From Mustelus asterias (Eukaryota): a stretch of DNA of 64,000 nt. The notes under the pieces are model-generated. The model did not search any database, had not been told where the DNA came from, and was given only the letters and a program-made list of their open reading frames with translations. Position 1 is the first letter of the stretch, and every line of letters starts with the position of its first letter. Location: the NCBI RefSeq assembly GCF_964213995.1, contig NC_135830.1, forward strand, positions 14,632,001 through 14,696,000, given 5' to 3'. Shown here piece after piece: positions 53,300 through 64,000 of the stretch. A program made the translations under genes and the position numbers.

Positions 53300-53710
53300 A
53301 GTTCAGTTGTTCGTTCTATCGCCTATGAATCAGAAGCTTTCAAAATTCCAGTCTCTCTCCAGAGACTCCAGTCCCAGGATCCATTCAGAGGCGGCAGTGC
53401 AGTCCTAGGGGAATGGTGAATTATGAGAGGTGTTGGATTTCGGATGAGTTGTTAAATCGGGGCCACCGACTGCCCTCTCGGAAGGGGGTTATCGATCTCA
53501 AGGACACTATTTCTATGAAAAGCTGTGAAATTGTTCTAGTCAGTAACTACCCAACAATAAACGTCCTAAAACATGTTATTCATTAAAATGTTGTTGTTTG
53601 AAGGATCATGCGGGGGCCAACTTGGCTGCTGTGCCTTGTCCAGTCCATTAACACAGTGGCAGTGAACACACTGTGGTACATCAAGAAAGGCGTCATATAA
53701 ATACTCAACT
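53300..53710 (+). mobile_element. Old Deu-domain SINE (SacSINE1/AmnSINE-like) remnant
   Basis: ttcggatgagttgttaaatcggggcc..ctgccctctc..cactatttc Deu-like core and gcgtcatataaat tail. Confidence 0.5.
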
Positions 53711-53757
53711 ATCATTCAATCAACTTCCCAAATTGGTGTACTGAGTGACGCTGTGAG

Positions 53758-53796
53758 AGTTTTTGTGGAGGTTCAGCGCAGCTCTATGCCTCTGTG
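53758..53796 (-). other. 23-RSS of V3
   Basis: CACAGAG, 23 nt spacer, ACAAAAACT on the minus strand. Confidence 0.9.
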
Positions 53797-54545
53797 GGAT
53801 CAGTGCGCAGTAATACACCCCGGAGTCTCTCAGTTTTGTTTTAGACAATTTCAGTGGGACAGTGCTTTTCACCAAATCAAACTCGGCAGAGAATCGGTCC
53901 CCTGGAAATCTCTCTGCCTTTCCGCTGTATCTATTCCTCAGCAGCAGAAACTCCATGGGCCCACTGGAATACTGACGGTACCAAAATAGGTCGGGGGTGC
54001 TGGCTGTATCTGTAAAGTTACAGAACAACTGAACATCACCTCCTTCCAGCCGTTGTCTGTGTAACAGAGTCTCCTCCACAATGTCCTGTAAGAGTCCAGA
54101 GGATCGTCAAATCAAACGCTGACAATCAATTACTTTTATCTCACAGAATCCGCTTTTTGCTCTGAGTTACAGCCCGATAAACAAATCAGCGCCACTAAAA
54201 GTGTAATATATTTCCCACAGCTCAGGGACTGTACCGAGAAGGTGTTTGAATGGGGTAATAAACTCTCACGAACGCACATTTGGCACCGTCTATCGGGATC
54301 AGTTCCCTGCCTGTGTTTTCTGCAATTTGAAGGGGAACGTAAAAAAAACTGTCCGTAGGTTTTAAACTCCAGTGTTCGTCACAAGGTGTGTGGAGGCAAA
54401 GTGGATAGGGTTCATTCACTGAGCTGCGATCAATCCATTGTTCTCGATGTGTTAATGCAATGTGTGGTAAAGATGTGAAACTTGTGAACTTACCGGTGAA
54501 CAGAGCTGCCGCTGTGCTGGATGAACACAAAGCAACGGGAGACAT
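53797..54545 (-). pseudogene. TCR alpha/delta-like V pseudogene 3 (leader 54494-54545, V exon 53797-54085, frameshifting deletion in FR1)
   Basis: MSPVALCSSSTAAALFTG|gtaagt; GHCGGDSVTQTT then a shift to LEGGDVQLFCNF..LFWYRQY..RFSAEFD..DSGVYYCALI. Confidence 0.9.
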
Positions 54546-55011
54546 GTTTGCAGAGAGCTCCTGGCACAATTGACAGCAATGGGCTGAAGCTGAAATTGTT
54601 TCACTCAAGTGTTCAGAAAAGGATGAGTAACACCCACCAGCCGACAGTGTCATCAGTTGGCATTCAATCATCTTAACCTTATTCAACCAATGGCCTCAAG
54701 CTCTTTGGATGGTCAATGCCTATACTCGGCGCGGGGTGAAAGGAACAAAGTGATTTGTCCAACTCTAAACTGAGTGCTTTATGAGGAATAAACCAAAAAT
54801 TGGTCCCCTGACAGTTTCAATCTGTAAGGCGCAGACAGAGAAGGAAAACAGTGAATGTTGTTGCGGTAGCAAAACCGGAGGCCCCAGTGGAAGGAGCTGC
54901 CCTCTGACGATGTTATATCCCGCAGCCAATACAGACGGCCAATGGGTTCCGAGGGAATTGAATAAAACAATGAACTAAATAGAAGCACACCATATTTTAA
55001 TGAATTATTTA

Positions 55012-55137
55012 GTGTGTGTGTGTGTGTGAGTGTGAGTGTGAGAGAGAGAGTGAGGGTGAGCGCGCGTGTGAGCGCGCGTGTGTGTGTGTGTGTGTGAGTG
55101 AGTGTGAGTGAGTGTGTGTGCGTTTGTGTGCGTGTGT
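55012..55137. repeat. (GT)n/(GA)n compound microsatellite
   Basis: Directly visible. Confidence 0.9.
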
Positions 55138-55429
55138 ATATCGCTTTTCCTTCGCGGTCACTGGGTCAACACCCTGGAACTCCCTCACTAACAGCACAGT
55201 CGGTGTACCTGCACCTCGGGACCGCAACAGTTCAAGAAGGCAGCTCACCCCCACACAATACACCAGTGTCAGCTATGAGAATCGACTATCTTCGTGTTGC
55301 TGGGTGAGCCTCTGTGTCCCAGATTTACAAAAATAGTCGTGTTGCTGGATGAGTCTGTGTGGCAGTTATTTTACATCTCATTTGTTAAATATGAGAGCAG
55401 ATTTTGATCCGTTTTGCATTTCGTTACAG

Positions 55430-55660
55430 GAACGAGTGCCGAGGAGTCGGTGTCCGTGGGGTCATTTGAGTTAACTATGCTGAAAGAACAGCACGCAATT
55501 TTCTGCCATGCTAACTCCACTTCAGAGTGCATCCTTCAGCTGATGTTTTTGTTTACTACATAAATTGCGGCTTGGAGATTAGCGTCTCGGCTTCGCAAAC
55601 CGTTTCTCTGCCGATCTCAATCGGGACAAAATGACCTGACTGCCTTCATGAACCCGGAAA
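55430..55660 (+). pseudogene. Highly decayed TCR V relic 4 (V2-like family)
   Basis: Acceptor ttacag|GAACGAGTGCC parallels V2 gcag|GAACTAGTGCC; GFANRFSADLNRDKMT parallels V2 FSADLDKNKRT; donor gtgagc at ~55304. Confidence 0.55.
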
Positions 55661-55684
55661 CAAACCATTCGCGGAGAAGCAAAC

Positions 55685-58400
55685 TTTTAGTCGAAGTAGG
55701 GAAGGAGGTAGAAGAGGGGGAGGGGTAGCATTATTGGTCAGAGATTGTATCACAGTGTCAGAGAGGAGGTTTGATGAGGACTTATCTGTTGAGGTAGTAT
55801 GGGCGGAGATTAGAAATAGGAGAGGAGAGGTCACCCTGTTGGGAGTCTTTTATAGACCTCCTAAAAGTTCTAGAGAGGTTGAGGAAAGGATTGCGGAGTC
55901 AATCCTGCTTAGGAGTGAAAGTAATAGGGCAATTGTTATGGGGGATTTTAACTTGACTAATATTGACTGGAATTGTTATAGCTCTAGCTCGTTAGAGGGG
56001 TCAGTTTTTGTTCAAAGCGTGCAGGAAGGTTTTTTGACTCAGTATGTAGACAGGCCAACTAGAGGTGAGGCTATATTGGATCTGGTGCTGGGAAATGAGC
56101 CAGACCAGGTGCTAGACTTGGAAGTTGGTGTGCATTTTGGTGATAGTGACCACAATTCGGTTACGTTCACCTTAGTGATGGAAAGGGATAGGCATGAACC
56201 TCGGGCCAGTGGTTTTAGCTGGGGGAAGGGTAATTATGAGGCTATTAGGAGAGAATTAGGAAACATAGGTTGGACTAGGAGATTACAGGGACTGGGAACG
56301 TCCGACATGTGGAGTTTTTTCAAGGAGCAGCTACTGCGAGTCTGTGATAGGTATGTCCCTGTCAGGCAAGGAGGAATTGGTAGGGCTAGGGAACCGTGGT
56401 GCACCAAAAAAGTTTCTTTGTTGGTTAAAAAGAAAAAGGAGGCTTATGTTCGGATGAGACGTGAGCACTCGGGTAGTGCACTAGAAAGCTTTAGATTGGC
56501 TAAGAGGGAGTTGAAGAGCGAGCTTAGAAGGGCTAAAAGGGGACATGAGAAGACTTTGGCGGATAGGGTTAAAGAGAATCCTAAGGCGTTCTATAGGTAT
56601 GTCAAGAACAGAAGGTTGGTTAGGGCAAGTTTAGGGCCAGTTATAGATGGCAGAGGGAAGTTATGTGTGGAACCGGAGGAGATTGGTGAAGCATTGAACC
56701 AATATTTCTCTTCGGTGTTCACGCAAGGGGACATGAATATAGCTGAGGAGGACACTGGGTTGCAAGGGAGTAGAATAGACAGTATTACAGTTGATAAGGA
56801 GGATGTGCAGGATATTCTGGAGGGTCTGAAAATAGATAAATCCCCTGGTCCGGATGGGATTTATCCAAGGATTCTCTGGGAGGCAAGAGAAGTGATTGCA
56901 GAGCCTCTGGCTCTGATCTTCAGGTCGTCGTTGGCCTCTGGTATAGTACCAGAAGATTGGAGGTTAGCGAATGTTGTCCCATTGTTTAAGAAGGGGAACA
57001 GAGACTTCCCCGGGAATTATAGACCGGTGAGTCTCACTTCTGTTGTCGGCAAGATGTTGGAAAAAATTATAAGGGATAGGATTTATAGTTATTTGGAGAG
57101 TAATGAATTGATAGGTGATAGTCAGCATGGTTTTGTGGCAGGTAGGTCGTGCCTTACTAACCTTATTGAGTTTTTTGAGAAAGTGACCAAGGAGGTGGAT
57201 GGGGGCAAGGCAGTGGACGTGGTATATATGGATTTTAGTAAGGCGTTTGATAAGGTTCACCATGGTAGGCTTCTGCAGAAAATGCAGATGTATGGGATTG
57301 GGGGTGATCTAGGAAATTGGATCAGGAATTGGCTAGCGGATAGGAAACAGAGGGTGGTGGTTGATAGTAAATATTCATCATGGAGTGCGGTTACAAGTGG
57401 TGTACCTCAGGGATCTGTTTTGGGGCCACTGCTGTTTGTAATATTTATTAATGATCTGGATGAGGGTATAGTTGGGTGGATTAGCAAATTTGCTGATGAC
57501 ACCAAAGTCGGTGGTGTGGTAGACAGTGAGGAAGGGTGTCGTAGTTTGCAGGAAGACTTAGACAGGTTGCAAAGTTGGGCCGAGAGGTGGCGGATGGAGT
57601 TTAATGCGGAGAAGTGTGAGGTAATTCACTTTGGTAGGAATAACAGATGTGTTGAGTATAGGGCTAACGGGAGGACTTTGAATAGTGTGGAGGAGCAGAG
57701 GGATCTAGGTGTATGTGTGCATAGATCCCTGAAAGTTGGGAATCAAGTAGATAAGGTTGTTAAGAAGGCATATGGTGTCTTGGCGTTTATTGGTAGGGGG
57801 ATTGAATTTAGGAGTCGTAGCGTTATGTTGCAACTGTACACAACTCTGGTGCGGCCGCACTTGGAGTACTGTGTGCAGTTCTGGTCCCCACATTACAGGA
57901 AGGATGTGGAGGCTTTGGAGAGGGTGCAGAGGAGGTTTACCAGGATGTTGCCTGGTATGGAGGGGAGATCCTATGAGGAGAGGCTGAGGGATTTGGGATT
58001 GTTTTCGCTGGAAAGGCGGCGGCTAAGAGGGGATCTTATTGAAACATATAAGATGATTAGAGGTTTAGATAGGGTGGATAGTGATAGCCTTTTTCCTCTG
58101 ATGGAGAAATCCAGCACGAGGGGGCATGGCTTTAAATTGAGGGGGGGTAGTTATAGAACCGATGTCAGGGGTAGGTTCTTTACCCAGAGGGTGGTGAGGG
58201 ATTGGAATGCCCTGCCAGCATCAGTTGTAAATGCGCCTAGTTTGGGGGCGTTTAAGAGATCCGTAGATAGGTTCATGGACGAAAAGAAATTGGTTTAGGT
58301 TGGAGGGTCACAGTTTTTTTTTTAACTGGTCGGTGCAACATCGTGGGCCGAAGGGCCTGTTCTGCGCTGTAATGTTCTATGTTCTATGTTCTATGTTCTA
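55685..58400 (+). mobile_element. Young CR1 LINE with an uninterrupted 854-codon ORF2 (5'-truncated)
   Basis: ORF 55734-58298 with APE and RT; (TGTTCTA)n tail. Confidence 0.97.
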
Positions 58401-58423
58401 ATGGAGCTGTAAATACTCGTTGC

Positions 58424-58462
58424 GGTTATTGTACGGCGTTTTAACTGTAACCTAACACTGTG
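58424..58462 (-). other. 23-RSS of V5
   Basis: CACAGTG, 23 nt spacer, ACAATAACC on the minus strand. Confidence 0.9.
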
Positions 58463-59886
58463 GCTCACTGCACAGTAATAGACAACCCCGTCCTCCACAT
58501 TGACGTAACCATTCTGCTTCGACCTGTCAGCAGCCGCCAGATATCGTCCAGAAACTTCATCTTCCTTCATTCTTAATATTTTGGAAATAATCAATTTCAG
58601 TGGCTGTGCCGGTTTCTGCTGATACCATTGCATGTAGTTCATACCCTTGCCTACATCGTTACAATCTAACTGCACCGAATCCTCTTCTGATGTGGTTATT
58701 GTCACCGGTGACTGAGTTACTGGATCTGCGCACAATCAGGTTGTAAAGGCAGAAGAATGGAATATCAAGAGTTAATGTAAATGTGTTTGTATCTGCAATT
58801 GTTTGTGGAACCTCCGTTCTACGCATTACATTGGGCGGCACGGTGACACAGTGGTTAGTACCGCTACCTCACAGCGCCAGGGACCCGGTTCAATTCCAGC
58901 CTCGGGTCACTGTGTGGAGTTTGCACATTCACCCCCTGTCTCAATGGGATTCCTCCTGGTGCTCCTGTTTCCTCCCACAGTTATTGGATGTGCGGGTTAG
59001 GTAGATTCGCCTCGTTAAATTGCCCCTTAGTGTCAGGGGGTTTAGCAGGGTAAATAGAACAAAGAACAAGAACAAAGAACAATACAGCACAGGAACAGGC
59101 CCTTCGGCCCTCCAAGCCCGTGCTGCTCCCCGGTCCAGGATTGAATCCTGAATCCAGGATCCCCGCCCAATTTTCCAGCCTATCTACATACCAATATCCT
59201 ATCCACCGAGCTGTCCCTCACAGCTACGATGCTTTGTTCATTACAACCTATTAACTCACCCCCACCCCCCCCGATTCCAGACCATGTGATCTCCAGGGAG
59301 AGGCGAAAACCCAGAGTGAAAAACCCCAGGGCCAATATGGGGAAAAAAAATCTGGGAAATTCCTCTCCGACCCCCTGAGGCGATCGAAACGAGTCCAGGA
59401 GATCACAATGGCCCTGATCGGAAAATGCTTCCCAACCCTAGTCATTTCCACTTCCACGAACACCATATGAATTCCCTGCCCCCGAGACAGGTTCCCAACT
59501 ATCCGCAGTCTCGCTCTGTACTGGCACCAGCAAGATGATCATAGAATGAAGCCTTGAAACGAGAAACAAGGAACAATTAGCCCGCGCCGCTCCCTGGTCC
59601 AAACTAGACCACTCTTTTGTATCCCTCCATTCCCACTCCGTTCATATAGCTGTGGGGTTATGGAGATGGGGCCTTCGTGAGATTGTGGTCGTTGATGACT
59701 CGATGGGCCGAATGACATCCTCGTGCACTGTAGGGATTCTATGATTCTCTATTCTATGAATATTTCAGATTGTTACTTAAGTTGCCATCTGTGTGTATCA
59801 ATATGTTTATCCGGCTTGATCGTCGTTTTCCAGTACTTACGATGGAAGAGCGTCGCCAGTATGATCATAAACGTGTCTAACTGAAT
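58463..59886 (-). pseudogene. TCR alpha/delta-like V pseudogene 5 (leader ~59841-59886, V exon 58463-58740)
   Basis: DPVTQSP..VQLDC..MQWYQQKPAQPLKLI..VYYCAVS. Acceptor is AA instead of AG, there is a TGA early in the exon and FR3 is short. Leader IQLDTFMIILATLFH|gtaagt. Confidence 0.85.
58833..59758 (+). mobile_element. HE1/V-SINE-type SINE split by an inverted CR1 3' fragment (59056-59650)
   Basis: SINE 5' part at 58833-59055 resumes at 59651 and runs to the ttctatgattct tail. Confidence 0.85.
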
Positions 59887-62129
59887 CCCCTCAGTAAATC
59901 GGAATGGAACGAGTCAGAGATTAAGAAGCAGAGAGGGAACCCGGGCTCTGTTCAGCTGATTGCAGTATGTGTGTGTGCGTGTGGGGGTGGGATGGGGTGG
60001 GGTCGGGTGAGGGAGGGGGTGGGGCGACTCTGCTGTGTCATCACAAGCCTACCATACATATAGGTTTAATTTATGACGCTGGGGCTTGAATTTGGCACCG
60101 TCTATCGTTTTCAATGCACGTTCGGATTTTCCTGATGAGTTGATTCAGGGTTTACTGTAACATGTGCCAAGACAAAAATGCAGCTCAGATATCTAAATTG
60201 GAGCTCTTGAGATACTGACTTTGTTACTTTTGATAGGCATTTGGGAAAACGATGCGAGATCTGCGGAAATCATTGCTAAAGCTCTCTGTTCAAATCCTGG
60301 AGACGACGAAGTCGAGAGAACGCCAATTCTTTGGAGAAATCGGGGAAGTTATAAATCAGAATAGCGCCAGGGGTTAACAGACTAATTTGGTTTATTTTGC
60401 TTAGAAAGCGACCTAATTGATTTGTTCAGAATGTTCCCCTTTTCAGGGAGCAAAATGTCGTGTTATCGATACATTGCAAAGTCACCGCTTCTTCTTCTGT
60501 CTGAACTGCTGAGCACAGCGGCTGGGCGATAGCATATCTGGGAAAGGATTCTATCTGGCTGGAGGAGATGGACTCATAACAAAAAAGCTTCTTCACCCCA
60601 GGTGCCGTCTAAAATTTGAATAAAAGGTGTAAACACGATCGTAGCAGAATTCAAGATCGGAAATTGCTGAACAAGAACTTGAGTCCCGAAGACTCACAAG
60701 TGGGAGCAAGCTGCACTTTGTAGTTCCATTTCACCCCCACCACAGGGCAGTGAAATACCGTGTTGGGTTCAGCGTCGGGGCGAATTCCAGACTCACAACC
60801 GTGGCCAGTAACCACATTGAGGAAATGTAACTAAAAGAATAAATATCGAAACAGAAATATCATATTAACATCGATTGCAAACTTATATTGCTTCAAAGAT
60901 ATATGTCATTATGGTTGCCAAAGTTGTGAATTTTTAGAAACTCTTTGGGAACAGGAATCACAGAAGATTCCTGTTCCCAAAGAGTGGACTGTCTGACTGA
61001 GCAGAGACAATAAAGGGATCTTTCCCTTCTGAATGATACTGGAACATTGAATCTGATGTTAGCAGTGAAATTAACTGATGGGAGATATTGAAAGTATTCT
61101 CGTTACATCACATCAGGAATTCAAACCTAATATCAGCTTCGGGACAGTCCGAATGTTTGTTTACAGACAAGTCACCGAAAGGCTTGAAGGGAGACAGCAC
61201 CTATTATAGGAGAGCGGGTTCCCGGTGACATGCATGTGTCTGCAATGAGTGTTCTGCGACGATTAGCCTTAAATTGTGTCTGCTTCGAACCCAGTAGAAA
61301 TCCATTCAACGATCCCATTCTAACATCCCCATTAATTATTCTCTCTTCCTCATTCTACAGCGAATGAGGCAGGGGTGAGCAGCAATATTCCAGCCACCCC
61401 CCCCCCCGCCCCCCCCCCCCCCCGTACTGTCCAAACACCCCCTGCCAGCAGAAAGCACTGGCGATTTTGCTGTGTGTGTTTTCTCAGAAATGGTGCAGAT
61501 AAAAATATTCAATATTTTGATTGATACCCAGTTCCGTTCGCATTCAACAATAAAATTGAATTCGGAAAAATCAGAACACTGAGTTTTAATAATGTTGATA
61601 CCCCGTTGACCAACTGGGACCTCTGCAAATATATACTGAGTGTGGTAACATTCAGTACACAAAGTCCTCTCAGGAGAAAAACGACTGGTCCAGAAGGGCA
61701 AACCGTGCAGTCTGATTGAACTTCAGAACCTGTATTGTGGAAGTCCAATTCGGCTGAAACCCTTATTGATGCGGCAGAGAAATTGATCTAACATTTGAAT
61801 CATAAATTTAAATTTGTGCCAATTCTTGTCTCTGTCGACATAACTGAACATTTTGCAGAATAGCATCTAATACTTGGGTAAGAGTAAATGTGAGATAATG
61901 TTTTCTGTCAATGCTTAAGAACAAACGGATGGGGCTGAGGTATCTTTTCCTGACACTGAGACATGGGTAAGTTTGAAGACTGTTGTTGTCCTATTTCAAA
62001 CAGGGAACCTTTCGCACGTTAGGTGAAAGTATTAAACACCACACTTCAGAAACAGATAAAACATGGATCTGAAGTACAATCAGACTGCACGGTTCGACAT
62101 CCCAGCTGGTCCCAGGATTATACAACATC

Positions 62130-62200
62130 GCATTTGTAGTGTAGTGACCGTCACATTCACATACACACGAAAGGTTCGCGTTTCGAAAACGTTTTTTTAA
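62130..62200 (+). pseudogene. tRNA-Val pseudogene
   Basis: gtagtgtagtgaccgtcacattcacatacacacgaaaggttcgcgtttcgaaa resembles tRNA-Val; stems are broken. Confidence 0.65.
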
Positions 62201-62465
62201 CCCCAGAGCGAGGAAAAGAGCAATAATTCACGTTTACTGTTGAATATCAACAGAATACTGTGTCTTACACTGTGTTACATTGAGCCTTCCCCTTCACAGT
62301 GCACACTCAAACCCGACAGAATATCATTCACTGACTCCGTTTCGAGCTCTGACGGTTCAGAAAGCTTCCCTCAAACCTGCACATTCCGGCTGATTGCTGT
62401 TGATTTGTCTCAGATTATTAAAGGCTCGTGCAGCACCACCTCCGTTAATAACAGTGGCTCGAAGA

Positions 62466-64000
62466 CAGTGGCGGATTAACCATTAGGCTGAGTAGGCTTA
62501 AGCCTCGGGGCCCGGAAGGGAGGGGGGCCCGAGAGCAAAACAAAATTGGTTTAACCCTTTTAAGGGTGAATAAAGTTTCATAACTGTACCCCGTGGGTGA
62601 ATTAATATTACAAATACCTATTAATAGAGGATCTTCACCCCGGACTTGTACTACATGCAAATAAATACAAAATAAATGCAACAAAGAGTTTACTTTCATG
62701 CTATAACATGTATACATACTTATTTTAGTGCATATTTAGTTACATATAGTACTTTTTTCAACATTCACCCTAACATAATATTAGTCCCACACCACAGCAC
62801 GATGACTGTCACCACTGCCTCCAGTGCTATCAATGTATCATCAAATTCACGATAATCATCTGATAATTCACCAATATCAACATCAAAATCCTCGGCATCT
62901 AAATCACTCCCACTATCATCACTGCATAATCCAACATCAAAACTGTTGTTGAGCGCATTTACCGCCTGTGAAAACATCAAAACAGACTTTGTTTGCGCGC
63001 CGCCATTGTTATTTACAACGCGACAAATGACTCGCTGTCACCACTCACCAGACAAAGAGTCCTCATTCATTATCATAATGCATTCATAACACGTGTATGA
63101 CATCATCATGAAGCTGAAGAAAGAAGGCATCTGATTGGAACAAGAGCTGTTCGTTAATCATGTTTGACCAATCACTGCAGACATGACAAAGTCAGCCTAC
63201 CGAGAAACGACATTTATGTCGCCTTACACTGAATACGATGGACGACATTCATGTCGCTCTACCCTTCAAAGGTTTAATTGAGTGTACTCGTGAGTATTTT
63301 GGATGATATTCCAGTACTTTTGCATATACTTTTTTTCATACCTGGAATATTACAAATACTATTTCGTTTTCTAAATTAGGCTCCAAACATATAAACATTT
63401 AGAAGTAATGCTTTTAGGACATCGTACTGCAGCCGCGAGTTTGTGTTTACAATGACGAAGTTATTACATCACGAGTTGGCGTTAGCAATGAAAATGTGGA
63501 CCTAAAGCTCTCTGTTCATACGAGTATTTTGTATTGTTGACAGTTTTTTCCCCTGCAAAATGGCTACTGTTGAATACAAACATAAAAGCAGAGCACAAAA
63601 AAGGAAAGAGACAAAGAGAGTACAAGAAAGTCTACGAAGGAATACATGCAAGCTTGACAAGTTTTTAAGCCAGCAAATGAAGCAGCACTTGATGATGTGG
63701 ACGGTGATGTGGACGATGGAAAAGTAGGCGAAGATTCGCAACGTGAAGTTCATTCCGGATCCGATGATGAAGAAATCGCAGACAAGTCGTCGAAGTCGAT
63801 GGAGAGTGATTTGGGCACGTGACCTGCCGCCTGACAAAATTACAGAAGACATCACCTATACTGGTTAAAGACTGGGAGCGAAGCCTGTTGGAACATGAAT
63901 GCCAGTGTTGTGAAATCTATCAAATATGACGTTAAACAGAAACGTTACTTTAGTAAGTCCATGTTTTACTGCTCCTTTACAAATGGCGAGTAAATCAGGA
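62466..64000 (+). mobile_element. hAT (Tip100-like) DNA transposon 5' part with a decayed transposase N-terminus from ~63560
   Basis: CAGTGGCGGATT terminus; KSRAQKRK, SDLGT and KRYFSKSMFY..TNGE (TTF zinc-finger-like) remnants. Confidence 0.65.
62555..63273 (-). mobile_element. Non-autonomous piggyBac relic nested in the hAT element
   Basis: TTAA flanks at 62551-62554 and 63274-63277; TIRs CCCTTTTAAGGGT / ACCTTTGAAGGGT; acidic transposase-like N-terminal peptide on the minus strand. Confidence 0.75.

Noticed and set aside
41274-58298. 896-aa and 854-aa ORFs as host genes or autonomous LINEs
   Set aside because: Both are CR1 ORF2 lacking ORF1, the promoter and the APE N-terminus
54278-60107. 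18-nt exact repeat atttggcaccgtctatcg at 54278-54295 and 60090-60107 as a V regulatory motif
   Set aside because: It lies at different positions relative to the two V genes; more likely a fragment of an interspersed repeat
60230-61320. Additional tRNA-like fragments (~60280, ~61285)
   Set aside because: Only B-box-like words; the isotype cannot be assigned
62260-62310. Back-to-back CACTGTG/CACAGTG heptamers suggesting a D segment
   Set aside because: No nonamer at 12 or 23 nt spacing on either side, and the left heptamer alone is not enough evidence

Overview
Vertebrate genomic DNA, very probably from a cartilaginous fish (shark). This is inferred from the HE1/V-SINE-type SINEs, the CR1-type LINEs and the GPR139-like receptor family. 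The window holds two intact two-exon orphan rhodopsin-class GPCR genes of the GPR139/142-like type (229-10408 +, 38377-40791 -). From 47.5 to 59.9 kb there are five T-cell-receptor alpha/delta-like V segments in mixed orientation. All five are disabled, but three keep near-consensus 23-RSSs and a fourth has its RSS split by a SINE. The rest is mostly mobile DNA: many CR1 LINEs (two with long open ORF2), Penelope elements carrying minimal hammerhead ribozyme motifs, an internally deleted endogenous retrovirus (LTR-gag-RNaseH/IN-env-LTR, tRNA-Leu PBS), and a piggyBac relic nested in a hAT element. There is also a ~14.4 kb array of 56/59-bp repeats (interrupted by TE insertions) that appears to derive from the SINE, and several degenerate tRNA copies. 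All calls were made by eye from the sequence; no searches were run.
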